Source of the DNA: a virus
Lineage: Duplodnaviria; Caudoviricetes
Strand: one strand, 5' to 3'
IMG/VR virus record: IMGVR_UViG_3300003971_000004
Location: 1-58,398 of that record
DNA: 58,398 bases
The notes beneath the pieces are model-generated. The model was not told the origin of the DNA, did no database searches, and saw only the letters and a list, made by a program, of their open reading frames with translations. Below, in pieces: positions 46,251-55,309 of this stretch; the stretch's first letter is position 1, and the number at the start of each line of letters is the position of its first letter. A program made the translations under genes and the position numbers.

Positions 46251-46489
46251 TGCGCGGCGACCTCGGGCGCGACTTTCCGATCGATCGGCATGACCGCAGC
46301 GGCGAGCTGGTCGATGTGCGCGACCTCGGGCTTACGCGCCTTGGCGGCGAGCACGATGTGGTCGAGGCGGGATTCTGTGATCCCATTCGACTTCATGCTT
46401 CGGACCGTCGAGTACGCGGTCCTGGTGATGCGAGATACCTCGCTTGTGCCCCCGAGGGCTTCGAATAGCGTGTCGATTGCGGTCGGCAT
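46247..46489 (-). CDS. cro: Cro-like repressor
   Basis: LFEALGGTSEVSRIT..AYSTVRSMK..GI; divergent from cI. Confidence 0.8.
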   Translation of the reverse strand: MPTAIDTLFEALGGTSEVSRITRTAYSTVRSMKSNGITESRLDHIVLAAKARKPEVAHIDQLAAAVMPIDRKVAPEVAAQ

Positions 46490-46500
46490 GCGATGTTAAA

Positions 46501-46561
46501 TGCGATAATCGCGATTAGATCGCAAGCGGAAAGTCGCGATAATCGCGATTGCGATAATCGT
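46501..46561. promoter_or_regulatory. OR-like operators GCGATAATCGC (46502, 46536; variant at 46551)
   Basis: Near-palindromic repeats in the cro-cI intergenic region. Confidence 0.8.
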
Positions 46562-46582
46562 CGCGTTCAGTCCTATGGCCGG

Positions 46583-47242
46583 ATGGAGCAGATCGCTGGC
46601 ATCGACGAGATATTCCTCCGGCTTGATCGGTTGAAGATCGACCAGAAGGAGATGGCGGAAGCTATTGGGCTGAGCGCGGACAAGCTCTCCAAGATTCGGC
46701 GCGGTATCAGGCAATGGCGAGGCGAGGAGCGCCAGCTCGCGGCGGCATGGCTCGAACAAGAGGCGAGGGCGCGGAAGCGCAGCGAGATCGTCGCGCCGCC
46801 GATCCTTCCGCCTGTCAGTGCTGCAGCCGACGACGTGGTCGAGCTGATCCGTCTCGACCTGTCGCTCGCGATGGGCGACGGCACCAACATCGACGACTAT
46901 ATCGAGGAGGAACCCGTCAAGTTCGACCTCGGCTATCTCCGCGCGATCACGCGCACCCCACCGCATCGGATCAGGCTCGCGCGCGGGGTCGGCGACAGCA
47001 TGTTCCCGACCCTGCAGAGCAGCGACGAGGTGATGATCGACACCACTTCGACGGTGCTGAACCTCAATGATCGCGTCTGGGCAATCGCGATGTACGGTGC
47101 CGGCGCCATCAAGCGGCTGCGCGCGATCGGGCCTCAGCGCGTGCTGGTCATGTCGGACAATCCTGCGGTGCCTGACCAGGAGGTCGATGCCGCCGATCTA
47201 ATGATCTTCGGCCGCGTGTTCCGGCTCGCGCGCGAGCTCTAA
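46583..47242 (+). CDS. cI: CI repressor (HTH + S24 peptidase)
   Basis: DQKEMAEAIGLSADKLSKI; GDSMFP (Ser) and IKRL (Lys). Confidence 0.9.
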   Translation: MEQIAGIDEIFLRLDRLKIDQKEMAEAIGLSADKLSKIRRGIRQWRGEERQLAAAWLEQEARARKRSEIVAPPILPPVSAAADDVVELIRLDLSLAMGDGTNIDDYIEEEPVKFDLGYLRAITRTPPHRIRLARGVGDSMFPTLQSSDEVMIDTTSTVLNLNDRVWAIAMYGAGAIKRLRAIGPQRVLVMSDNPAVPDQEVDAADLMIFGRVFRLAREL

Positions 47243-47245
47243 CCG

Positions 47246-47641
47246 TTGGCGCGCGCGCCGTTCTCTTTGGCGGTGGTCGGAGCCGACTATCCGAACAAGC
47301 GGGGTCCGACGCGGCATTTCGCGATTGCGCTCTGCAAGCCCGGCGATCCGATCGAGCTGAGGCGGGAGCCGAAGAACCCGAAGGACGAGCGCGCCGTCGC
47401 CGTCTACAGCCCCCAAGGCGTCCAGATGGGCTACCTCTCAGCCGAGCGCGCGGCGTGGATCGCGCCGATGCTGGATCGTGGGCGCGTCATCAAAGCGGTG
47501 TTCCAGGAGCGATTGGAATATGGGGCCGCGATTCGAGTCGCGTTCGATGGCGATGAACCGACCCTCCCGGAGCGAGAAAATCGCGAAAGTCACACCGGAG
47601 ACCCGGATTTTTATCCCGATCCGATCTACCCCGACGACTGA
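47246..47641 (+). CDS. HIRAN domain protein
   Basis: LRREPKNPKDERAVAV...MGYL. Confidence 0.85.
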   Translation: MARAPFSLAVVGADYPNKRGPTRHFAIALCKPGDPIELRREPKNPKDERAVAVYSPQGVQMGYLSAERAAWIAPMLDRGRVIKAVFQERLEYGAAIRVAFDGDEPTLPERENRESHTGDPDFYPDPIYPDD

Positions 47642-47658
47642 GGCGCGCGGATAAAAAT

Positions 47659-47702
47659 TGCGATAATCGCGATTTGGTATTGCGACTATCGCAATTATCG
47701 CT
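47659..47702. promoter_or_regulatory. OL-like operators (47660, 47682, 47691)
   Basis: GCGATAATCGC, GCGACTATCGC, GCAATTATCGC upstream of the early operon. Confidence 0.8.
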
Positions 47703-47748
47703 ATTGTCATCGCCATAGCCCCTTTGGTCAGGGGCTGTGGAGATCACG

Positions 47749-48132
47749 ATGCACAGCACCGCAATTATCCCGGCGAGTCCAGCAGACGGAGCGTTCCTGA
47801 CGCCCCTGTTCGAGACGGGGCGCTATCAGATCAGCGCCTGCGTCGGCCTCAAGGAGGTCATCACCTACACGGACGATCTCGACGCGGCGGAAGCGGCGTT
47901 CGACGTCTGCTTCGTCCAGCCATTCAAGGATGATCGGGACGCCCACGGCGGCATCTACGACCGCAAGGAGCGCCGGTATGTCCGGTGCTGGCGCGGCGGG
48001 CCGCGCCGGGAGCCGCAACCCCATCCCATGATCGCGCTATTCGACAAGGCGGTCCGCAACGGCCACCCGGTTCGCATCATCACCGAAAAAGCGATCGTCG
48101 AGATCAACGTCGGGGCGGGGGAGGGCGCATGA
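47749..48132 (+). CDS. Hypothetical protein, first gene of the early operon
   Basis: GGAG RBS; coupled to the next gene. Confidence 0.65.
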   Translation: MHSTAIIPASPADGAFLTPLFETGRYQISACVGLKEVITYTDDLDAAEAAFDVCFVQPFKDDRDAHGGIYDRKERRYVRCWRGGPRREPQPHPMIALFDKAVRNGHPVRIITEKAIVEINVGAGEGA

Positions 48133-48383
48133 TGCTCGATCCCGTCATGGTCGGCGCATCCCGCGCCTTTCGCGCCGCCGGTGGTGGCAGCGCGCCCTAT
48201 ACCCCGCTGACCCTTCCGGGTCCGGCCCTGTCCGATATGACGCTGGCGGAGCGCTGCCACGAGCTGGGCGATACCGTCGAGCGGATGGTCGCGGTGCAGA
48301 TGCACGCATACCCGTCGTCGTGGACCGAGGAAGAGCGCCGCGAAATGGCCGAGCGCCATCTGTTCGGGAGCGCGCGGGCATGA
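48129..48383 (+). CDS. Hypothetical protein
   Basis: ATGA coupling on both sides. Confidence 0.6.
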   Translation: MMLDPVMVGASRAFRAAGGGSAPYTPLTLPGPALSDMTLAERCHELGDTVERMVAVQMHAYPSSWTEEERREMAERHLFGSARA

Positions 48384-48784
48384 CGCGCACGCGCTCAATC
48401 ACCAACGCCTTGATCTACGGCGAGAGGCAGGAACCGGTCGCCCATTACGAGGGCATCGACCCCGACACTCCGGTCGCCGGCTTCTACAAGATGAAGCTGC
48501 GCAGCGGCGCGATGCATGTCGGCGTCAAGATCTGGTTCGGCCCTCCGCTCGATCCGATCGACGGCACCGAACTGGACCGGTCCCATCGCTGGCAGGCCGA
48601 GGTCAATGGTCGCCCCTTCGACCTCCTTCGTGCCTGGCCGAGCTGCGCCAAGGAGCCGAGCAACGAGGGCGAGTACCGATACCTGACCTCGCTCCAAGCG
48701 TGGGGCGAGGAACACGCCCCCGACAGTCCCCAAGCAAACCCCACCCGGCGCGTCGATCTGCTGACCGCCCCCCTGCCTTTTTGA
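48380..48784 (+). CDS. Hypothetical phage protein
   Basis: ATGA coupling; protein-like composition. Confidence 0.7.
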   Translation: MTRTRSITNALIYGERQEPVAHYEGIDPDTPVAGFYKMKLRSGAMHVGVKIWFGPPLDPIDGTELDRSHRWQAEVNGRPFDLLRAWPSCAKEPSNEGEYRYLTSLQAWGEEHAPDSPQANPTRRVDLLTAPLPF

Positions 48785-48795
48785 AGGAGCCCGAG

Positions 48796-49608
48796 ATGGA
48801 CAACGTGTTTTCCGACGTGAAGCCCTGGCCGGAAGCGGAACCCGCGCCGGTCGCGGGGATCGGCGACAACAGCCGCGAGATCCCGATGGAGGTGAAGGTC
48901 GTCGACGACTTCGTCGAAGGCCTCAACAGCGATGGGCTGATCCAGCGCATCAAAGACCTGACCGCATCGGGCAACAGCGTCAGCGGTTGCGCGACGAATG
49001 ATGCTGCGGGTCGGATCGGCGACTATGTGAAGATGGCCGGAGCCGCCGCCAAGGCGGTCGAGGAGCATCGCGAGAAGCACAACCGTCCGCTTCTCAACAG
49101 TCAGCGCGCGCTCAAGGGCAAGGCCGACACCATCCTCGGTGATCTCCAGACGGCGGTCGCGAATGCGCGCAAGCATCTCGACACCTTCCTTGCCGAAGAG
49201 GCCCGGAAGCAGCGCGAAGAGGCGGCGCGGATCGCCCGCGAACAGCGCGAGGCCGAGGAGGCGGCGGCGCGTGAGCGTGCCCGACTCCAGGCCGAAGAGG
49301 ATGCGCGGGCCGAGGCAGAGGGTCGCGCCGCCGAAGCCGTCGAGGTTGAACCCGAGCCGGTGTTCGCGGCGCCGAAGCTGGAGCGCGGTCCCGTCGCGCG
49401 CGGCGACTATGGCAGCTCCGTCTCGCTGACCGAAACGTGGGATGTCGAGGTGCTGAACGTGCGCCAAGTCCCCGACGCCTATCTCAAGCACCCCAGCGTG
49501 ATCGAGGCGCTCGAGAAGGTCATCCGGCCGCAGGTGCGCGGGAAGAACGGCATCCGCGAACTCAAGGGGTGCCGGATCTTCTCCAAGACCGGAAGCGCGG
49601 TGCGCTGA
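48796..49608 (+). CDS. Coiled-coil protein of the recombination region (Gam/DUF1351-like)
   Basis: AAGGAG RBS; long coiled-coil; C-terminal VPDAYL...ELKGCRIF. Confidence 0.6.
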   Translation: MDNVFSDVKPWPEAEPAPVAGIGDNSREIPMEVKVVDDFVEGLNSDGLIQRIKDLTASGNSVSGCATNDAAGRIGDYVKMAGAAAKAVEEHREKHNRPLLNSQRALKGKADTILGDLQTAVANARKHLDTFLAEEARKQREEAARIAREQREAEEAAARERARLQAEEDARAEAEGRAAEAVEVEPEPVFAAPKLERGPVARGDYGSSVSLTETWDVEVLNVRQVPDAYLKHPSVIEALEKVIRPQVRGKNGIRELKGCRIFSKTGSAVR

Positions 49609-49952
49609 TGATCGAGTTCACCTTCACTCCGATCGCCAAGGCGCACATGGAGCGGCGTGGATATGGTGCCCGCGAGATGCTGGGCACCATCCCGGACATG
49701 CTCTGCCCTTCGAACCCGGGCAGCGCGGTCGAGCAGATCGACGTCGCCTATCGCGACATCGGCGGCGGCTGGCGCGATACTTCGGGGCTGAAGCTCAACG
49801 TCGAGGCCGGCACGCTGACCTATCCAGGTGATCCGGCTCGCCAGCTGATCGCACAGGGCAAGCTCCGCGACGAGCGCATCCTGTTCTTCGACGGTGCGTG
49901 GATCGCTGTTGTCCAGCCGGACGAGTCCTACCGCGTGGCGAGGATCGACTGA
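49608..49952 (+). CDS. Hypothetical protein
   Basis: TGATG coupling. Confidence 0.65.
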   Translation: MIEFTFTPIAKAHMERRGYGAREMLGTIPDMLCPSNPGSAVEQIDVAYRDIGGGWRDTSGLKLNVEAGTLTYPGDPARQLIAQGKLRDERILFFDGAWIAVVQPDESYRVARID

Positions 49953-50347
49953 TGGGCGCGCTTCCCTCGGGCGATTACGCCATCGTCGAAATCCTGGGCC
50001 ACCGGACAATCATCGGTCGCGTCGAGGAGGTCGAGCGCTTCGGCACCAAGCTGATGAGCATCGAGCCGCTGTTCAACGGCGAGCTGCTCAAGGCGGTACT
50101 GATCGGCGGAAGCTCGATCTACCAGTTCACGCCATGCTCCGCGGACGTGGCGGCGGAACGGTCGCCCAAAGAGGAGTGGCAGCTTCCGGTTTCGGTTCGC
50201 GCGGTGCTGCCGGAGATTGCTTTGGCTGGCCCGGAAACTCCGCTCCCCGATTTCGTCCACAGCCGTGCCGCGGCCGGCAACCCATGCCCACACCGTAACG
50301 ACCCCGCGCACGACATTTGGGAGTGCGTGGAATGCCGACCTTTTTGA
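49952..50347 (+). CDS. Hypothetical protein
   Basis: TGATG coupling; AIVEILGHR..GRV..GGSSIY motif. Confidence 0.65.
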   Translation: MGALPSGDYAIVEILGHRTIIGRVEEVERFGTKLMSIEPLFNGELLKAVLIGGSSIYQFTPCSADVAAERSPKEEWQLPVSVRAVLPEIALAGPETPLPDFVHSRAAAGNPCPHRNDPAHDIWECVECRPF

Positions 50348-50357
50348 GGAGATTCCC

Positions 50358-50621
50358 ATGACGAAGAGACAGTTTGTCATCGTCCGGTTCCGGCCGGAAG
50401 ACACCCGCACCTACACCTATCACAACGACGGCGAGCCGGTCGCTGCTGGCGACATGCTCAAGGTCGATGACTCCCGCCGGGGCGGCGACGGCTGGAAGCG
50501 CGTCGAATGCGTCAGCGTCACCGACGAAGTGCCGCCCTTCCAGACCAAGCCGATCCTTGGCCGGCTCGATGCCGAAGCCGTAGCCGATGGCGCGGCCGAG
50601 CCCTTTCAACTGGAGAACTGA
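50358..50621 (+). CDS. Hypothetical protein
   Basis: GAGGAG RBS. Confidence 0.65.
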   Translation: MTKRQFVIVRFRPEDTRTYTYHNDGEPVAAGDMLKVDDSRRGGDGWKRVECVSVTDEVPPFQTKPILGRLDAEAVADGAAEPFQLEN

Positions 50622-50624
50622 GAA

Positions 50625-51848
50625 ATGGCCACCCAGATCGCCCACGTCGACGATGCGCGCCGCGCCGTCGAATCCCTCAACAACCAGCTCGCGACGCGCG
50701 CCGACCAGTTCAAGATGGTGCTGCCCCAGCACATCACGCCGGGCCAGTTCCAGCGGACGATCATCACCGCCGTTCAAGGCGACGTCGAGCTGCTCAAGGC
50801 TGATCGCCAGAGCCTCCTGCTGGCCTGCATGAAGGCAGCGCAGGACGGGCTTCTGCCCGACAAGCGCGAGGCCGCGCTGGTGATCTTCTCCACCCGCGTG
50901 AAGGACGGCGACCGCTGGGTAACGGTGAAGCAGGTCCAGTACATGCCGATGGTGTACGGGCTGCGGAAGAAGATCCTCCAGTCCGGCGAGATCAGCTCGA
51001 TCGAGACGAACGTCGTCTATCGGGCGGAGATGGAGAGCGGGCGCTTCATCTACGAAGCGGGGACCGAAGCGGTGCTGCGCCATCGCCCCATGCTCGACCT
51101 CACCGACGAGCAGACCGCCGACAGCGAGATCGTCGCCGCCTATTCGGTCGCGGTGATGAAGGACGGCACCCGGTCGTTCGAGGTCATGCGCCGCTCCGAA
51201 ATCAACAAGGTGCGCCAGCGGAGCCAGACCGGCGCAGAGGGCCGCGTCTATGAGTTCGGCGCCAACAAGGGCAAGCCGATCGAGCCGAAGGGTCCGTGGG
51301 TCGACTGGTTCAGCGAGATGGCGCGCAAGACCGTCATGCGCCGCCACAGCAAGACGCTGCCTATGTCGGGCGACCTGATCGACGTCGAGGCACGCGACGA
51401 GGAAATCGCTGCCCGGTCGGTCAGCGCAGCGCTCGCCGAGGAGCCGGATGCACCGCGCCTGGTCCCGCCCGCGCGCGAGGAAGGTGACGCCGGCGATCCG
51501 CCGCACGATCCGGCGACCGGCGAGATCTCGGAAGAGGTCGCGCGCGTGCTCGATCAGGAGACGTTCCGCCAGGCCGATGGTACCGCCGCACTGGCGGAAG
51601 GCGAACCGGCCGCGCAGGACGCGCCGGGCAACGACGACAGCGGCGGTTCGCTGGCGGAAAGCGTCGCGGGGCAGATGATCGAACGGTGCCGCAACGCGCA
51701 GATCATCGGCGATGTCCTCGCGGTCGAGAGCGACCTCAAGACCCACCGCGAAGGGCTGGGCGACGATCTGTCCAAGACCGTCGATGACGCGATCGCCGAG
51801 CACAAGGCGCGGTTCAAGCCCGCCTCCACGAAGCGCACGGACGCCTAA
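50625..51848 (+). CDS. recT: RecT-family single-strand annealing protein
   Basis: ACMKAAQDGLLPDKREAALV, YMPMVYGL, PWVDWFSEMARKTVMRR..K.LP. Confidence 0.92.
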   Translation: MATQIAHVDDARRAVESLNNQLATRADQFKMVLPQHITPGQFQRTIITAVQGDVELLKADRQSLLLACMKAAQDGLLPDKREAALVIFSTRVKDGDRWVTVKQVQYMPMVYGLRKKILQSGEISSIETNVVYRAEMESGRFIYEAGTEAVLRHRPMLDLTDEQTADSEIVAAYSVAVMKDGTRSFEVMRRSEINKVRQRSQTGAEGRVYEFGANKGKPIEPKGPWVDWFSEMARKTVMRRHSKTLPMSGDLIDVEARDEEIAARSVSAALAEEPDAPRLVPPAREEGDAGDPPHDPATGEISEEVARVLDQETFRQADGTAALAEGEPAAQDAPGNDDSGGSLAESVAGQMIERCRNAQIIGDVLAVESDLKTHREGLGDDLSKTVDDAIAEHKARFKPASTKRTDA

Positions 51849-51853
51849 CCGTC

Positions 51854-52021
51854 ATGGCAGACCCGACGCTCCTCAATGCCCCGCCGTGTGTGTCCAGCCA
51901 GTCGCTTGCGGACCGCCGGACCACGATGCTGGCGCGGGACGAGGCGCGTCGGGAGCAGTGGCTGCGCACGCGCGGGCGGCGCAGCCACCTCCGCCGCCTT
52001 CTCGATTGGATGACCCGATGA
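51854..52021 (+). CDS. Small hypothetical protein
   Basis: 55 codons; stop overlaps the next start (ATGA). Confidence 0.4.
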   Translation: MADPTLLNAPPCVSSQSLADRRTTMLARDEARREQWLRTRGRRSHLRRLLDWMTR

Positions 52022-53727
52022 CGACTTCCCTTGGCCAGACCGCAGACGGCGCGTCCGTCGACCTCGACCTCGATGAGCTGATCGGTTCGCACCTCGGCGT
52101 CGTCGCCAACAGCGGCGGCGGGAAGAGCGGGCTGCTGCGGCGGCTCCTCGAAGCCACGGGCGGCCGGGTCCAGCAGATCATCCTCGACGGTGAGGACGAG
52201 TTCTACACCCTGCGGGAACGCCACGAGTTCGTGATCGCGGGCGGGGAGGGGGGCGACATCCCGGCTCCGCTCGCCAGCGCGGAGTCCCTCGCGCTCGGCG
52301 CGCTGACCCACGGCTTCTCGCTGATCGCCCAGCTCAACGACCTCGGCCCCGAAGGTGCCCCCGAGTTCATCGGGCGATTCCTGACCGCGCTGGTCAATGC
52401 GCCGCGTGACCTCTGGCATCCCGTGCTGGTGGTGGTTGACGAGGTGCAGCGGTTCGCGCCGCGCGTCGGCACCACCGAGGCGACCGACGGCATCCGCGCG
52501 CTGCTGTTCCAGGGCCGGAAGCGCGGGTTCACCGCCGTCATCGCCGGGACCAAGTTCACCGAGATCGACCCCGGCGTCCGGGGCATGGTCAACAACTGGA
52601 TGCTGGGCCGCGTCGGCCAAGCCGTAGACCGCAACACGATGGCGGAGCAGCTCGGCTTCACCGCGAAGGAGGGCCGGGAACGGCTGCGCGGAATCGAGAA
52701 GCGCCACTTCTACGCGATGGGCGAGGCGCTGACGCGGGAGCCGACCCTGTTCCGGGTCGCCGACGTCGAGACCACCCCGGTCCATGCGGGCCAAGCGAAG
52801 GTGCCGACGCCACCCGCACCCGAAGCGCTGCGCGAGATCCTCGCCGGGCTTGCCGCTGCGCCGACCGACGACGCGGAGGGCGCAGCGGTGCCGACGGGCG
52901 GGTCTGCGGCCATCGAGCCGATCACCGATGCGGAACGCGCCGAGCTGCTCGACCTCCGGCGCGAGCGCGACGACTGGACGATCGAGCGCGCCGAGGGGCA
53001 GCGCCAAGTTGACGTTCTGATCGCGGAAGGCCGCGCCCTGCGCGACTGCGCCGCGCGCATCGCCGAAGCCGCCGCTGATATGGCGCGCATCCGTCCGGCA
53101 CTCGACGCGCCGTCGCCGCAGATCACCACCCCAACCGAACCGGCCGAGCAATCCCCTCCTGTTGCCGCTCGGCCGCAGCCCGCCGCGCGCGCGCCCTCCA
53201 ATTCCGCGCGCGGCGGGCATATGTCGGTTGGCCCGGTCTCCGCCCCGATCATGAAGCTCATCAACGCTGTGGCATGGTGGAACTTGTTCGGGCTTGAGGC
53301 TCCGACCTCCAATCAGGTCGGTTTCATCGCTGGCTATGCCCCGACAGGCGGGACGTTCAAGCGGTACCGCGGCGATGCGCGCACGCGCGGACTTATCAGG
53401 TACCCCGGTGATGGGCGGTTGGCGCTGACGGATGAAGGGCGTCAGCTTGCGACGGCTCACCGTGAGGGAGTGCCGACTGTCGCCGCGCTCCACGCTGCGG
53501 TGCGCGACCACCTCGACGCGCCGCTGGTGAAGCTGCTCGATCCGATCCTTGCCGCCTATCCGCACTCGATCGCTGCGGACGAGGTCGGACGGGCCGCAGG
53601 CTATGAGGCGAGCGGCGGCACCTTCAAGCGCTACCGCGGCACCCTGAAAACCCTTGAAATCATCGAATATCCGAGCGCGGGCAAACTCCGCGCGGCGGAC
53701 TGGCTGTTCCCGGGAGAGGTCGCATGA
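52018..53727 (+). CDS. HerA/DUF87-like ATPase with duplicated C-terminal wHTH
   Basis: HLGVVANSGGGKS, LDGEDEF, VVDEVQRFAP, GRKRG; repeated AGY...GGTFKRYRG. Confidence 0.8.
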   Translation: MTTSLGQTADGASVDLDLDELIGSHLGVVANSGGGKSGLLRRLLEATGGRVQQIILDGEDEFYTLRERHEFVIAGGEGGDIPAPLASAESLALGALTHGFSLIAQLNDLGPEGAPEFIGRFLTALVNAPRDLWHPVLVVVDEVQRFAPRVGTTEATDGIRALLFQGRKRGFTAVIAGTKFTEIDPGVRGMVNNWMLGRVGQAVDRNTMAEQLGFTAKEGRERLRGIEKRHFYAMGEALTREPTLFRVADVETTPVHAGQAKVPTPPAPEALREILAGLAAAPTDDAEGAAVPTGGSAAIEPITDAERAELLDLRRERDDWTIERAEGQRQVDVLIAEGRALRDCAARIAEAAADMARIRPALDAPSPQITTPTEPAEQSPPVAARPQPAARAPSNSARGGHMSVGPVSAPIMKLINAVAWWNLFGLEAPTSNQVGFIAGYAPTGGTFKRYRGDARTRGLIRYPGDGRLALTDEGRQLATAHREGVPTVAALHAAVRDHLDAPLVKLLDPILAAYPHSIAADEVGRAAGYEASGGTFKRYRGTLKTLEIIEYPSAGKLRAADWLFPGEVA

Positions 53728-54242
53728 CGGACGACGCATTGGTCAGCACGCGCGAGCGCGCCGGCATCTATGATGGGCTAGAGTCCGCGAAGCCCGGCGA
53801 GCCGCTGTTCACGATCCAGGGCGGTGACCGCTTCGGTCCCGACACGGTGCTGCACTGGGCTGATCTGGCGCGGACCGCCGGGCGCCAGGAACCGAACCCG
53901 GAGGCTGCGGCCAAGCTGCTCAAGAAGGCGAGCGCCGCCGAAGAGGTCGCGTGGGCGATGCGGTCCTATCAGCGCAACGAGCAGCCCGACGATGCCCAGC
54001 GCGCGACGTATAGCGACCCCGAGCCGGGCACCACGCCGGAGCAGAGCGCAGCGGCCGCGCGCTCGGCGGATCGCCTCTACAACAGCACCTCCGAGATCAC
54101 GGGCGTTGTCGAGACGCTGGCGACACAGCGGATGCACCCCGACGCGGAGGTGATGCTGCGTGAAGCCCTCGACCTGATCCGCCAGGCGACTTGGTTGATC
54201 GAACCGCGGCGCCACCTCAAGCGGGAGCGGGCGTGTGGTTAA
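53724..54242 (+). CDS. Hypothetical protein
   Basis: ATGA coupling; PGEPLFTIQGGD motif. Confidence 0.65.
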   Translation: MTDDALVSTRERAGIYDGLESAKPGEPLFTIQGGDRFGPDTVLHWADLARTAGRQEPNPEAAAKLLKKASAAEEVAWAMRSYQRNEQPDDAQRATYSDPEPGTTPEQSAAAARSADRLYNSTSEITGVVETLATQRMHPDAEVMLREALDLIRQATWLIEPRRHLKRERACG

Positions 54243-54246
54243 GCGC

Positions 54247-54471
54247 TCAGCCTTCTTCGAGTTGGTGCCCGAGCGCCTGGATCTCGCCGCCCTCCCACTT
54301 CGCGGACTTGTCATCCAATTCGATGATGTAGCCGTCGCCATCGGGATTCGCCTGGGCGAGCGTGAAGATCGTCGCGCCCCGCAGAGTGCCGGTGAAGTCG
54401 GCGCGGCGGCGGTTCAGCCCGCGAACGAACAGCCAGACCGTTGCCGGTGCATCCCAAGGTATCTCTGCCAT
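54247..54471 (-). CDS. Small hypothetical protein, antisense within the early operon
   Basis: MAEIPWDAPATVWLF... has protein-like composition. Confidence 0.5.
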   Translation of the reverse strand: MAEIPWDAPATVWLFVRGLNRRRADFTGTLRGATIFTLAQANPDGDGYIIELDDKSAKWEGGEIQALGHQLEEG

Positions 54472-55006
54472 GACTGATCGCCCCATCATCTTTTCTGGCC
54501 CGATGGTGCGCGCGCTGCTCGCCGGACGCAAGACAAAGACTCGGCGGCTGGCGACCTCGCCCCTCTCGCGCTGCGCGGTTGGCGATCGGCTCTATGTCCG
54601 CGAACATTGGAAGACCTCGCTCGGGTTCGACGAGTTCGCGCCCAAGGATCTTCCCACCAATGCGTCGATCCTTTGCCTCGCGGACCACACGGTTCCGACG
54701 CAAGCATTCGCCAGCGCATGGGGGAAGCATCGCCAGGGCATGCACATGCCGCGCTGGGCGTCTCGCCTGACCCTCATCGTAGAAGGCAATCGGGTGGAAC
54801 GCCTGTGCGATGTTTCGCCGAGCGATGCGATGGACGAGGGATGGCCCGGCTTGGGCGAGGGTAACCAGCACCTCCCCGTCAGTTGGTACATGCACCTGTG
54901 GCAATCGCTGCACGACAAGGAAGGCCAGCGCTGGGAGGACAACCCCGAGGTGCTGGTCCTGACCTTCAGCGTCCGCCACGGCAACATCGATCGGATCTCG
55001 GCATGA
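54470..55006 (+). CDS. ASCH/PUA-like phage protein
   Basis: PIIFSGPMVRALLAGRKTKTRR, GDRLYVRE, HMPRWASR, WEDNPEV. Confidence 0.8.
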   Translation: MTDRPIIFSGPMVRALLAGRKTKTRRLATSPLSRCAVGDRLYVREHWKTSLGFDEFAPKDLPTNASILCLADHTVPTQAFASAWGKHRQGMHMPRWASRLTLIVEGNRVERLCDVSPSDAMDEGWPGLGEGNQHLPVSWYMHLWQSLHDKEGQRWEDNPEVLVLTFSVRHGNIDRISA

Positions 55007-55203
55007 CGCGCCCGTTCGATCGCGCCGACGGTCGCCCGCGCGTCTACATCACGACGACCGGCGACGGTGCCAGCTGGGCGCTTGGGCCGAGCGGAACGCG
55101 CCGTCCCGCCCTGGATGCGGGGTCCGCTCTAAACTTCGCGCTCGACCACCTCGGCACCGAAGCGCGGGGTGGTGCCGTTGTCATCGTGGAGCCGGTGCTG
55201 TGA
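55003..55203 (+). CDS. Hypothetical protein
   Basis: ATGA coupling. Confidence 0.55.
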   Translation: MTRPFDRADGRPRVYITTTGDGASWALGPSGTRRPALDAGSALNFALDHLGTEARGGAVVIVEPVL

Positions 55204-55232
55204 CGCAAAAAACCGCAGAAAACTGCGCCTTC

Positions 55233-55263
55233 TGCTTTGACCCGGTCGGCGATGAACTAGAGT
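55233..55263 (+). promoter_or_regulatory. Promoter TGCTTTGA-N17-TAGAGT (copy 3)
   Basis: Shares boxes, spacing and CCGGTCG with copy 2. Confidence 0.6.
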
Positions 55264-55309
55264 TCGCGGGTCAAGGAAACGCGACGATCCCTACCAAGGA
55301 GCAACACCC

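Larger units (their letters stand above)
28785..55301 (+). repeat. Dispersed motif CCCTACCAAGGA(G): 28785, 28858, 30433 (variant), 30695, 55289
   Basis: Read directly; four copies overlap the RBS of a downstream gene. Confidence 0.9.
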
